A stretch of DNA of 62,438 nt, filler included, from Candidatus Methanoxibalbensis ujae (GTDB lineage Archaea; Halobacteriota; Syntropharchaeia; Alkanophagales; Methanospirareceae): assembly GCA_026134085.1 (NCBI GenBank). It is 4 parts of 4 records of this genome, joined end to end, with 100 filler letters (N's around TTAATTAATTAA, not from the genome) between each part and the next. Parts side by side here need not be neighbours in the genome. Positions count along the whole stretch, not along the records: positions 1 to 18,577 come from JAOQIN010000036.1; positions 18,678 to 36,557 come from JAOQIN010000037.1; 2 more parts are not named here. One strand, written 5' to 3'. A model generated the notes under the pieces. That model worked only from the letters and a program-made list of their open reading frames with translations. It had not been told where the DNA came from and did no database searches. Each line of letters opens with the position of its first letter. Within the stretch, counting starts at the first letter, position 1. The position numbers and the translations under genes are program-made. Positions 9,831 through 19,937 of this stretch are shown here, in pieces.

Positions 9831-10868
9831 TCATGGGACAATCCCCGGAAACCACAGACCTTCCTCCTCCGGCATTTTGAACATCAAATTCATGTTCTGA
9901 ATTGCCTGACCAGCACCCCCTTTCACAAGATTATCTATCGCTGAGATCACAACTGCTCTCACCTCATCTCCTCCGGCTTCCTCAACATCAAACCAAATAT
10001 CGCAGAAATTTGTGCCTCTCACATCTCTGAGAGATGGCACATCATTCAATATGCGTATGAATTTGCAGTCTGCGTAGAAGTGTTCATATGCCTCTCTTAT
10101 GTCTTCACGATCCGCATGTCCGCGGATGAAAACATGTGCGGTTGTGAGTATGCCTCTGATTGTGGGGATGACATGGGGCGTGAAGTGCACACGCACATCT
10201 CTGTATCTGAGGATTTCCTGACGGATCTCAGCTGTGTGTCTGTGTGTTGTCACATCATAGGGTATGATGTTCTCCGCGAGATTGGGGAAATGACTGCGAG
10301 CAGATGGCTCAGAGCCGCCTCCTGATATGCCAGATTTCGCATCTATGACTGTGCAACACACATCAAACTCATGCACAATAGGCGCAACCGCAAGTATGGC
10401 ACCTGTCGGATAGCATCCGGGATTCGCAACAAGCACTGCCGATGACACCTCAGGATGTATCTCAGTCAGACCATACACAGCCTCCCTCTCCCCTCTTCTG
10501 AACGCTTCATCCTCATGCTTCCCGTATATTCGCTCATATTCTTCACATTTCAACCTGTAATCAGCACTCAAATCTATCACTCTAACGCCGTTTTCAAGCA
10601 GTTCAGGAACATATTTCATGGAAACTCCGTGCGGAACAGCAGTGAAAACAACATCACACCTCCTCGCTATTTCCTTCACAGCTACATCTTCGTATTCAAT
10701 ATCTGCAAAAGGTCTCAAATGTGTGTTCACATCATGAACCTTCTTGCCTTTATGGCGTCTCGATGTCACAACTGTTATCTCAACTGCCGGATGTGTCAGA
10801 AGGAGGCGCAGCAGTTCTGTTCCTGTGTATCCCGAGCCACCTATGACGCCGACTCTTATCATTGCCAT
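9831..10868 (-). CDS. argC: N-acetyl-gamma-glutamyl-phosphate reductase
   Basis: [50 protein letters not shown]; start at MAMIRV likely (ORF opens at 10910). Confidence 0.96.
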   Translation of the reverse strand: MAMIRVGVIGGSGYTGTELLRLLLTHPAVEITVVTSRRHKGKKVHDVNTHLRPFADIEYEDVAVKEIARRCDVVFTAVPHGVSMKYVPELLENGVRVIDLSADYRLKCEEYERIYGKHEDEAFRRGEREAVYGLTEIHPEVSSAVLVANPGCYPTGAILAVAPIVHEFDVCCTVIDAKSGISGGGSEPSARSHFPNLAENIIPYDVTTHRHTAEIRQEILRYRDVRVHFTPHVIPTIRGILTTAHVFIRGHADREDIREAYEHFYADCKFIRILNDVPSLRDVRGTNFCDIWFDVEEAGGDEVRAVVISAIDNLVKGGAGQAIQNMNLMFKMPEEEGLWFPGIVP

Positions 10869-10937
10869 CTCCTCTTTTTTGCCTCGCTGCCATTTTATGT
10901 CGTCTGCCATTTTATGTCTCCCGTATTATGTAATAAT

Positions 10938-13439
10938 ATGTCTGTGTCTGAGGCAGGGAACATCATTGAGGTCTGTGTTGAGGAGGAGATGCAGAAGTCC
11001 TATCTGGAGTATGCCATGAGTGTCATTGTCGGCAGGGCGCTTCCTGATGTGAGAGACGGCTTGAAGCCCGTTCAACGCAGGATTCTGTATGCGATGCACG
11101 AGCTCGGGTTGAGGCATCGCAGTCCATATAAGAAATCCGCGAGGATTGTCGGTGAGGTTCTCGGCAAATATCATCCTCACGGAGACACCGCGGTTTACGA
11201 TGCCATGGTCCGCCTCGCTCAGGATTTCACGATGAGATACACGCTCGTTGATGGTCAGGGAAACTTCGGAAGCATTGACGGCGATGAGCCTGCTGCAATG
11301 CGATACACGGAGGCGAGACTTTCAGAGGTTGCCGAGGAGATGCTCGCTGATATTGACAGGGAAACGGTCAACTGGCGGCCCAACTTCGACAGCACACTGA
11401 AAGAGCCTGAGGTGCTGCCCGCTAAATTTCCAAATTTACTCGTGAACGGTTCCTCTGGCATAGCAGTCGGAATGGCAACAAACATACCCCCTCATAACCT
11501 CTCCGAAATGGTTGATTGCATCATAAAGGTCATTGATGAGCCTGATGTGAGCATTGAAGAGCTTATGGAAATTGTAAAAGGTCCTGATTTTCCGACAGGT
11601 GGCATTATAATAGGTCTGGAAGGCATAAAAAACGCATATAAAACCGGAAGAGGAACTGTGCGAATAAGAGCAAGAGCTGACATAGAGCGTGATCGAAGAG
11701 GTTCCAGGATTGTTATACGCGAGATTCCGTATCAGGTGAACAAGAGCAGGCTTCTCGAGGAGATAGCAGCTTTTCTCAAAAAAAACACTGAGAGTGTTGT
11801 CTCTCTGCGAGATGAGTCCGACAGGAGAGGAATGCGAATCACACTTGAGCTCAGATCTGGCGCAAACGCGGAGATATTGCTCAACAGGTTGTATAAGCAC
11901 ACATCACTTGAGACATCATTCGGAATAATCAATCTCGCACTTGTCAACGGCGAACCACGCATATTGTCTCTGAAGGATATGGTGAAATGCTACATAAATC
12001 ACCGCAGAGAAGTCCTTACAAGAAAATTCAGGCATGAATTGAGACAGTTGGAACACAGGAAGCATGTTCTTGAGGGAATTCTCATAGCTATATCTCATAT
12101 TGAGGAAATTATATCGCTTGTGAAAGCATCTGAAAACTCAGCATCCGCAATAAACACGCTTAAAAAGCTATATTCGCTGAGTGATGAGCAGGCATCGCAT
12201 ATACTTGACATGAAGATATCAAGATTGAGCGCGATTGAGCGTGAGAAGGTCGAGCGCCAGATCTCCGAAATATCTGAAAGAATGGAGAGCCTGAGATCAC
12301 TTCTCTCTGACGAGAAGGCTGTCTTGAAGGAGATAAAGAGTGAGCTTCAGGAGCTCAAGAGGAAATACGGTGATGCACGCCGAACGGGCATAATGGCTGA
12401 GGAGAAGCAGCTGAGCGTGCGTGACCTCGTTGAGGAGATGCATATAATGCTCGTCATCTCAGAATCAGGTGTGAGCAGAGCTCCAATATCATTGAAGCGG
12501 CAGAGCAGAGGAGGAAAAGGCGTGAGATTGAAAGGAAACGATTTGATAAAAATCGTTCACGCAACCACACGACAGAAAATTCTGCTCTTCACTTCACAGG
12601 GAAGGGCATTCCAGACACTTGCATATGAGATACCGGAGCGTGGTGGAAGATATGCCTCATCAGTGAAACTGAAAAACATTCCTGGCCTCGCAGGAATGAG
12701 TGAATATGAAAAAATATCAGCAGTTCTCCCTTTATCTGAGGATATAGAGAGAGAAATGGATTCATATTCCGTAGTTATCGTGACGAAAAAAGGTATTATA
12801 AAGCGAACCCCACTGTCTCTGTTCGGATCATTGCGGAGTAGTGGAGTCATCGCAGTGAAAATTGCTGAAAATGATGCGCTTGCCGATGTCACACTCGTTC
12901 ATAATGGCACCGCTGATAAATGGAATTCCTCTCTCATAACACAACCAGATGAGCGCATAATAATAGGTACGAGGAAAGGCAAACTCATCATGTTTCCAGT
13001 TGACGAGCTCAGGGATATGGGCAAATATGCAGCGGGAGTCATAGGAATTCGTCTCGAGGACGATGATGAGGTCGTAAGCGTGGAATCCGTGAGGAAGAGC
13101 ACCGCACGGAGATCTCACAGTCGCAAGAGACGACATGAGGAAACTCACATACTCACAATCACAGAGAGAGGATATGGCAAAAAGACACCAGTCAGCGCAT
13201 ACAGAGAGACACATCGCGGTGGAAAAGGCATCATAAATTTCAAAATTACACAAAAAACAGGAGATATCGTCGCGGTCAGAGCAATTACAGGCAATCCAGA
13301 CATATTAATGGCGACATTTGCTGGAATGATAATACGAATTTCCTCAAAAAATGTCCCTGTTCAGGGCAGAAATGCGCAGGGTGCACGGCTTATGAATGTT
13401 GATGAGGCTGATAGAGTCGTATCTGTTGACATTGTTTGA
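10938..13439 (+). CDS. gyrA: DNA gyrase subunit A
   Basis: [36 protein letters not shown], catalytic AAMRYTE, GyrA-box QSRGGKG, C-terminal pinwheel repeats; start taken at ATG 10938 rather than 10455. Confidence 0.96.
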   Translation: MSVSEAGNIIEVCVEEEMQKSYLEYAMSVIVGRALPDVRDGLKPVQRRILYAMHELGLRHRSPYKKSARIVGEVLGKYHPHGDTAVYDAMVRLAQDFTMRYTLVDGQGNFGSIDGDEPAAMRYTEARLSEVAEEMLADIDRETVNWRPNFDSTLKEPEVLPAKFPNLLVNGSSGIAVGMATNIPPHNLSEMVDCIIKVIDEPDVSIEELMEIVKGPDFPTGGIIIGLEGIKNAYKTGRGTVRIRARADIERDRRGSRIVIREIPYQVNKSRLLEEIAAFLKKNTESVVSLRDESDRRGMRITLELRSGANAEILLNRLYKHTSLETSFGIINLALVNGEPRILSLKDMVKCYINHRREVLTRKFRHELRQLEHRKHVLEGILIAISHIEEIISLVKASENSASAINTLKKLYSLSDEQASHILDMKISRLSAIEREKVERQISEISERMESLRSLLSDEKAVLKEIKSELQELKRKYGDARRTGIMAEEKQLSVRDLVEEMHIMLVISESGVSRAPISLKRQSRGGKGVRLKGNDLIKIVHATTRQKILLFTSQGRAFQTLAYEIPERGGRYASSVKLKNIPGLAGMSEYEKISAVLPLSEDIEREMDSYSVVIVTKKGIIKRTPLSLFGSLRSSGVIAVKIAENDALADVTLVHNGTADKWNSSLITQPDERIIIGTRKGKLIMFPVDELRDMGKYAAGVIGIRLEDDDEVVSVESVRKSTARRSHSRKRRHEETHILTITERGYGKKTPVSAYRETHRGGKGIINFKITQKTGDIVAVRAITGNPDILMATFAGMIIRISSKNVPVQGRNAQGARLMNVDEADRVVSVDIV

Positions 13440-13642
13440 TGGCATTATGCAGAACAGGTTCATGGAATATCCGGCGTCGGAAGATGGGCGATCCCGTTGG
13501 CTGTGATGGGCTTCGTGGGCTGTGATATGCAGCGAGCGATAAGATATGCAGCGAGCGATAATATTGCGATGCAGTGATAATGTAATGAAGATAATGCAAT
13601 GAATATTTAATGATGTTAAGGGATGTCGAGGGATGTTAAGAC

Positions 13643-14686
13643 ATGATTCTCAGGAGTGCTGAAGAACCCGTTTTTGACGATGTCGGCAGTTATCCTCCGC
13701 CCGAAGGAGTGAGCAGAGAGCACATACAAAAAGCACTGATGGAGAGCGGTGAAGAGGTGAAGGCAATTGTGAGCGATGCGATGGCACAGAAGATAAGTTC
13801 AGGAGTTGAGCTGCCGAATTACCCGCAGTTTCATGACATGATATCGCAGTATACGGACCCTCTTACGGATGATGCAAGGACTGAGGAGCCATTTTTGATA
13901 AGAGATGAGCATGCCAGAATACCCGAAGTTTATCTCCTGGAGGAATTTGCAGCGCATTACAAAAAAGAAAAAGGCGAGAAACTACGCATACGAATATGCG
14001 TGACAGGTCCTGTTGAGCTTTATTACAAGATGTTTGAGCCGCCTGTCTACGATGACATACTGCGAAACATAGCTATATCAGTTCAGAAGTTTGTGAGAAA
14101 TGCGATAGAGAACGCAAAGAATTTTGAGATTGCATGTGTCTGCATTGATGAACCATCTCTTGGCATTGATCCGAGAATAGAAAGGGATGAATGCATAATA
14201 AAAGCGCTTGATATCGCAGCTGAGTTCGCATTCAAGCGCGGTATTGACACGCAAATACACCTTCATTCACCCATATTCTATGAGAGCGCCCTCAACACAC
14301 GCACAATCGGCATAATAGGCATTGAATCCGCTGCCAATCCTTCATTCCTCGACATAATAGACAGAAAAAGCCTGGAGTCATATGATAAATTCCTGCGAGC
14401 GGGCATCGCGAGGACCGACATTCTGCGCATGGCTGCTGAATATGATGAAAAATATCACACTGATGTTTTCAGGGAGAAAAATCTGAAAAAGGTGATTGAG
14501 GAGTTCAACAGCGCGGATATCATAAGGAAAAGACTTGAAAAAGCGCTATCATCTTTCGGTGAGCGCGTGAAATATATCGGACCGGACTGCGGACTGGGCA
14601 CATTTCCCCATCAGAAACTCGCTTCCTTGCTTCTTGAAAACACGAGAAAGGGCATTGACGCTTTCAGGAGCGGCGGGGCAGAGTGA
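13643..14686 (+). CDS. Core (folate-independent) methionine synthase, MetE catalytic-domain-like, probably MesC type
   Basis: FDDVGSYP, NYPQF, CVTGP, IDEPSLG, IHLHS, GPDCGLG; single MetE C-terminal-type domain of 347 aa. Confidence 0.8.
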   Translation: MILRSAEEPVFDDVGSYPPPEGVSREHIQKALMESGEEVKAIVSDAMAQKISSGVELPNYPQFHDMISQYTDPLTDDARTEEPFLIRDEHARIPEVYLLEEFAAHYKKEKGEKLRIRICVTGPVELYYKMFEPPVYDDILRNIAISVQKFVRNAIENAKNFEIACVCIDEPSLGIDPRIERDECIIKALDIAAEFAFKRGIDTQIHLHSPIFYESALNTRTIGIIGIESAANPSFLDIIDRKSLESYDKFLRAGIARTDILRMAAEYDEKYHTDVFREKNLKKVIEEFNSADIIRKRLEKALSSFGERVKYIGPDCGLGTFPHQKLASLLLENTRKGIDAFRSGGAE

Positions 14687-14713
14687 TCAGGCAGAGTGAT
14701 CCCTATCTGATCC

Positions 14714-15907
14714 CTATCTGCATCTGCAATGTCTGTCAATGAATCTCTCAATACGGGAGAGTGCCTCCCTTATTTTATGCTGTGAGAGAGTGTAAGCGCA
14801 TCTTATGAATCCCTCACCAGAATCACCGAAGACATTTCCGGGAACCACAACCACATGCTCCTCAAAAAGGAGATTCCGCGCGAACATCTCGGAAGTCATG
14901 CCAGTGCTCCTGATCGAGGGAAATGCGTAGAAAGCACCCTTCGGCTCAAAACAGTCAAGACCGATATCACGAAGACCCGAAACAATCATACGACGCCTCC
15001 TGTTATATTCTGCAACCATCCTCTCAACGGAATTCTCATCTCTCAGAGCCTCCAATGCAGCGATTTGAGCTGTTGTTGGTGCGCACAGCATTGTGTATTG
15101 ATGTATTTTCATCATTGCCTCTATTATTACGGGACTTCCAGAAGCGAATCCTATGCGAAAACCTGTCATTGCATGAGATTTTGATAATCCATTGAGCATT
15201 ATTGTCCTGTTTTTCATCTCCTCATCGAGAGATGCTATGCTCACATGCTTCCCCTCATATGTGAGTTTGCTGTATATCTCATCTGATATCACGATGAGGT
15301 CGTGTTCGCACACAACATCTGCAATTTCCTCAAGGTCCTTTCTGCGCATTATTGCGCCTGTCGGATTGTTCGGATAATTCAGTATGAGAACCTTCGTCCT
15401 GTCGGTGATTTTTGATTCAAGCGCATCAGCGTTCAGCCTGAACTCATCCTCAACGCGCGTCCTCACAGACACGGGGACGCCTCCAGCGAAAATGGTGCAT
15501 GGTTCATATGACACATATGATGGCTCATGCAGAATGACCTCATCTCCCGCGTTTATAACAGCGCGAATTGCAATATCAGCAGCTTCACTGACGCCTGTAG
15601 TGACAATTATCTCGTTCTCGGGATTGTAATACACTCCTGTTTCCTTGTATATCATGTCTGAAATTGCCTCTCTCAGCTCCAGAATACCCCAATTGCTCGT
15701 ATATGATGTGTAACCCTTCTCAAGTGCATATATACATGCTTCACGAACACTCCACGGTGCGGTGAAATCCGGCTCACCCACACCAAGCGATATCACATCG
15801 CTCATACGCTGCGCGATGTCAAAGAACTCACGGATGCCGGAGCCACGAATGCGCATCACTCTCTCAGAAATCTTATCATGCATTGAGGTGCGCATCTTTA
15901 TCACCAT
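14714..15907 (-). CDS. PLP-dependent aminotransferase class I/II
   Basis: SLGVGEPDF, NYPNNPTG, SDEIY, NGLSKSHAMTGFRIG, GAFYAFP. Confidence 0.93.
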   Translation of the reverse strand: MVIKMRTSMHDKISERVMRIRGSGIREFFDIAQRMSDVISLGVGEPDFTAPWSVREACIYALEKGYTSYTSNWGILELREAISDMIYKETGVYYNPENEIIVTTGVSEAADIAIRAVINAGDEVILHEPSYVSYEPCTIFAGGVPVSVRTRVEDEFRLNADALESKITDRTKVLILNYPNNPTGAIMRRKDLEEIADVVCEHDLIVISDEIYSKLTYEGKHVSIASLDEEMKNRTIMLNGLSKSHAMTGFRIGFASGSPVIIEAMMKIHQYTMLCAPTTAQIAALEALRDENSVERMVAEYNRRRRMIVSGLRDIGLDCFEPKGAFYAFPSIRSTGMTSEMFARNLLFEEHVVVVPGNVFGDSGEGFIRCAYTLSQHKIREALSRIERFIDRHCRCR

Positions 15908-16004
15908 TTATCACCTGTCAGTTATCTTCGCCTGCATTACCACATCCTCGCCTGCATTACCACTCATCACACCAACCACTCATCACTCCATAATCACTCC
16001 ATAA

Positions 16005-16517
16005 TCACAGTGATATCGTGAGTCTTCTGTTCTCCTTTTCATCTTCGTAAAGTATGCCCTCCTCCTTATATGTTTTCAGAAGGAAATGCGTGACTGTCTC
16101 CCGGACACGCTCAAGAGGTGCGATCTTCTCGGCGACAAAATAAGCGACATCGCGCATGGTCTTGCCCTCAACAAGCACAGAGAGGTCATATTCGCCTGAC
16201 ACAAGTCTCACAGTCTTGACTTCTGGAAACTTTGCTATCCTCTCAGCGATGGTGTCGTATCCCGTGCTCCGCTCGGGAGACACCTTCACCTCTATGAGAG
16301 CTCTGACGCATTCAACCCCCGCTTTCTCCCAGTCTATCACCGCTCTGTATCCTCTTATCACCCCTCTGCGCTCCAAATCCTCAATGATGCGCTTGACTTC
16401 CTCCTCAGAAATGCCGAGCATCCTGCTTATCTCACTCTCACGAGCACGGGCATTCCCCTCAAGGATGTGCAATATCTCGTTCTTCACTTTCTCATATTCA
16501 GAGTTCATCACAACCAT
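16005..16517 (-). CDS. Lrp/AsnC family transcriptional regulator
   Basis: N-terminal HTH (ILHILEGNAR..EISRMLG), LVSGEYDL RAM domain; upstream of aminotransferase. Confidence 0.9.
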   Translation of the reverse strand: MVVMNSEYEKVKNEILHILEGNARARESEISRMLGISEEEVKRIIEDLERRGVIRGYRAVIDWEKAGVECVRALIEVKVSPERSTGYDTIAERIAKFPEVKTVRLVSGEYDLSVLVEGKTMRDVAYFVAEKIAPLERVRETVTHFLLKTYKEEGILYEDEKENRRLTISL

Positions 16518-16622
16518 CTCCACATGCGACGCCGCGGCAACTCCACACAACACACACCACACCTATCTACCTTAAAGATGAAAAAAATGATTGCGAGGAT
16601 GAAGTGAAGGGGAGGATGGGAA

Positions 16623-17027
16623 ATGAGCAAAGTTTCTGTCATTTTGGGCTCCGAACGGGATATGCATGTTGCAGAGCGTGTTGTGAATGTGCTTGAAAGG
16701 GAGCAGATATCATATGAGCTGAGAGTGATTTCAGCGCACAGACAGCCTGAGGAGCTTGACAGATATCTGCGTGAGAGATCAGATGAGATCTCCGTGTTCA
16801 TTGCGATCGCCGGCCTCTCCGCCGCCCTTCCGGGCGTCATAGCCTCAAAAACGAATAAAGTCGTGATAGGCGTTCCTGTAAGCGGTCCTCTGCTGGGGCT
16901 TGATGCGCTTCTCTCAATGGTTCAGATGCCTTCCGGCGTCCCTGTCGCAGTTGTCGGCATAGATAACGGTGAAAACGCTGCAATCCTCGCAGCAAAAATA
17001 CTGAAACTGAAGGAGGAAAAAAAATGA
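16623..17027 (+). CDS. purE: N5-CAIR mutase / AIR carboxylase
   Basis: [42 protein letters not shown]. Confidence 0.95.
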   Translation: MSKVSVILGSERDMHVAERVVNVLEREQISYELRVISAHRQPEELDRYLRERSDEISVFIAIAGLSAALPGVIASKTNKVVIGVPVSGPLLGLDALLSMVQMPSGVPVAVVGIDNGENAAILAAKILKLKEEKK

Positions 17028-17069
17028 TGGGATGAAAAAATGATGGGATGGCATGATCATGAGGTTGCA

Positions 17070-18194
17070 TCATCCTCGCTCTTTGTTGTGCTGCGGATTG
17101 TCTCTCTCATATAATGTCCTTGCGTATTCCGCTATCCTGACGCCTATGAGATACAGGATGATTGCGCCGATTATTGAGAAGAAGAGCATCTGATATCCCG
17201 CCCATGGATTGCCTTCAACGCCGCTTATGGCCAGCAGGCACTCACTGCCACCGTATATGAGGATTCCGGATGCGACCGTGGAGAACAGAACAGTCCATTG
17301 CCGCACTATTTGCTCACCTTCAAGCATCATATTAATTATTTTTCCTATCAAAGGCGCTATGCAGGCGCATACATACCACCACAAAGCGGATTTCACAAAT
17401 ACAGTTATCAGAATTATGTTTTCAAACTCTTTAAACAGAACACCAGAAATCTGAATCTCCGAGCTCGCGAGTGCTCCTTGAAAAGTGCCTGCAACAAGCA
17501 GTATGGCTGCGCAGATGTATGTGATGAATGTGAGTTTTCCCGAGTATAGCGATGTTTTGAGTGAATGTATGAGATCAATAGCAACCTGTTCCAGTCCAAG
17601 ACCCTTGAGCAGCATGTAAAATCCGATGATACCTATTATCCCGCCTATGATGAGCTCAGAATAACCAAAAAATATTGATATTGAGAATGCCAGCATCATA
17701 AGCCCCATGAGTGGCATGAAAGAGCGGATGAACCTCTTCTCCTCAAAAAGCCGCCTTATCATATAAAATCCGCTTTCCAATGGTTTGCTCTGCTTCACTA
17801 TAACCCTGCGGACAGCATCTATGGTCATCCTGGATTGAATGATGGGGACGATCTCCTCATCTTCCGTGCCGTCGGTGACGAGTATGACTTTTTTCGCACC
17901 TGTTATGCCCATAACCTGATCTGTCTGCTCCGCAATTTTCATATCTGAAATGATTCCCACATTTATATCGCCAGCGATAAGCGCTATCTCAGCATCCTGA
18001 TGTCTTCTCCGCATCTCATTGTATATGCGCAGAGATTCAAACATCGCATTCAAATCGGAATCCTCAGGATCAGCAAACGCCAGTCTCACAGCTGCATCGA
18101 AGACAGCATCCCGTCCGACCACGGGCGTCTCTATATTCGCCTTCTCACCAACATCATTGTCGCGGTCCACGCACAGAATCAAAAGCTCACTCAC
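17070..18194 (-). CDS. DUF373 family membrane protein
   Basis: LILCVDRDND, ADPEDSDLN, VTDGTEDE, RRVIVKQS followed by several TM segments. Confidence 0.85.
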   Translation of the reverse strand: MSELLILCVDRDNDVGEKANIETPVVGRDAVFDAAVRLAFADPEDSDLNAMFESLRIYNEMRRRHQDAEIALIAGDINVGIISDMKIAEQTDQVMGITGAKKVILVTDGTEDEEIVPIIQSRMTIDAVRRVIVKQSKPLESGFYMIRRLFEEKRFIRSFMPLMGLMMLAFSISIFFGYSELIIGGIIGIIGFYMLLKGLGLEQVAIDLIHSLKTSLYSGKLTFITYICAAILLVAGTFQGALASSEIQISGVLFKEFENIILITVFVKSALWWYVCACIAPLIGKIINMMLEGEQIVRQWTVLFSTVASGILIYGGSECLLAISGVEGNPWAGYQMLFFSIIGAIILYLIGVRIAEYARTLYERDNPQHNKERG

Positions 18195-18577
18195 ATGAGA
18201 TCTCCCTCATTTCACATTGTGCGTAGAAATATTTTATTGAATTCGCTCGCTTCCCTCTATTATTATTTGAGAGGGTTCAACTTCTGAACATCGCACACAC
18301 TCACACGGCACGACATACACCAGCAACCTCGCAACTGCCAAAGACAGCCCACATCGTATCGTCACAGCTATGCATTCCGGTCACTGCTTCTTTATCTCTT
18401 TTCCACGCACTGTAACCCCACATCCTCACCCCACACCCACACCACACCCACACCCTCCGCCCGTCCGCCGGCTTTCCTGTGCTGTATGCAAAGTCTATGC
18501 TGTATGCAACGTTCCTGATCCGGTCTTCTGCTTCGTCCCGCTGTAAGTTTGGGGAGATGTTGCCTTTAATCTCCTCT

Positions 18578-18677
18578 NNNNNNNNNNNNNNNNNNNNNNN
18601 NNNNNNNNNNNNNNNNNNNNNTTAATTAATTAANNNNNNNNNNNNNNNNNNNNNNNNNNNNNNNNNNNNNNNNNNNN
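18578..18677. other. Assembly gap / artificial contig spacer
   Basis: 100 nt of N containing TTAATTAATTAA. Confidence 0.98.
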
Positions 18678-19210
18678 CCCTCAGCGATGCCTCCTCTCGA
18701 ATCTATGATCATGCTCCCCATATATAAAGGTTGCCGACGATTGAATCTTATGATGATATTCCAGATCCACAAGCGATTCTACTCCCCGCGGGATTGTGAC
18801 TGCCATGCGCCCCCCTACATTACAGTTGACGAAGCCTGATCTCTGCCTTGAGATTATCACAACATCCCATCACAACATCTCCTGCTGATATATACGCGCT
18901 CTGATAACAGAACAGAACAGATTTGATCCTTCCTTCATCCTCATACCTGCATGTGCTCGCAAGCTGTCGAATCAACGCAGACTCAACAATCCATTCACAG
19001 CACTGCATATGATGATCCGTAGAGTGTGCTCGCTTGGAGCTCGCATAACACCCACGCACACAATCATACACCTTATCAGATAATCTCCACAGCAGGGACC
19101 CGCCAGCCCCATACCCATAAATAATTCCCACCCGCCTCTCCTTCTGCTATGAGAAATTCTGCTATGAAAAACAATATTAAATTAAATTTAAGGATGCAAC
19201 ATGTTCGGAG

Positions 19211-19489
19211 ATGGCGAGGCAGAAGAAAGCAGGCGAAGGTGGGAGCAGCAGAAGTGGCAGAGGTGCGGGAGGCAGCAGCAAGAAAGGTGCGAGGAAAGGT
19301 GAGGAGAGGAGAAAAGGAAGTCGTGGAAAGGGCGAAGGTCCTGGATTGATGTCTTCCGCAGGACTCATGCGGTATTACGATGTTGAGGAATCCGCAATCA
19401 AGATATCTCCGATGGCTGTGATACTGGCAGGCATCCTGTTGGGCGTGCTCGTCTTATCTCTTCAGATCATATACGATGTGTGGCCCTAA
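19211..19489 (+). CDS. secG: Preprotein translocase subunit Sec61beta (archaeal SecG) with G/R/K-rich N-terminal extension
   Basis: GLMSSAGLMRYYDVEESAIKISP plus single C-terminal TM helix. Confidence 0.9.
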   Translation: MARQKKAGEGGSSRSGRGAGGSSKKGARKGEERRKGSRGKGEGPGLMSSAGLMRYYDVEESAIKISPMAVILAGILLGVLVLSLQIIYDVWP

Positions 19490-19937
19490 GACCTCCCCCG
19501 ACAGAGTCACACAGGCGAGCCTCCCGGGCAGCCAAGATGAATGAAAGAGGTTTTGATCCTTCTGATTCCCCAAGCTGAAAATTGCTTCTGCAACTTTTAT
19601 TCCTGAAATATCTGAGAACCCATCATTTCCTGTTTGTGAATTCTGATGCATAGGCAGACGGAGATCAACATAATGCGAAGTCCTGCTCAGTGTTAAACTG
19701 AGGAAACATTCACCTTTGAGCGACCGGTTGATGAGATATGAGAAATGAGGTATATGATCTCTGTGGAGGTTATGGAAAAGGATATTTTGAGATCAATGCA
19801 ATGTGATCAAATACTGCAACTGCGGAAGGGGGAACGCCCATTAGCCCGTGATGCTGATGATTGATGATTGATAATTGATAATGATTGAGTTGATGCGAAT
19901 GAGCGGTTGATGATGCGAATGAGCGGTTGATGATGCG

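Noticed and set aside
10455..10937. 161-aa N-terminal extension of GyrA in the ORF track
   Set aside because: Overlaps argC on the opposite strand; GyrA similarity starts after ATG 10938
18578..18677. TTAATTAATTAA palindrome inside N runs (also 36558-36657 and 52851-52950)
   Set aside because: Identical 100-nt spacer with stops in all frames; an assembly linker, not biology
18678..19140. 103-aa - strand ORF and a possible gene start (MIIDSRGG) running into the gap
   Set aside because: No recognisable motif and too little sequence to support a call
19490..19850. Possible C/D-box sRNA downstream of secG
   Set aside because: Only imperfect C-box-like words, with no convincing C/D' and C'/D spacing
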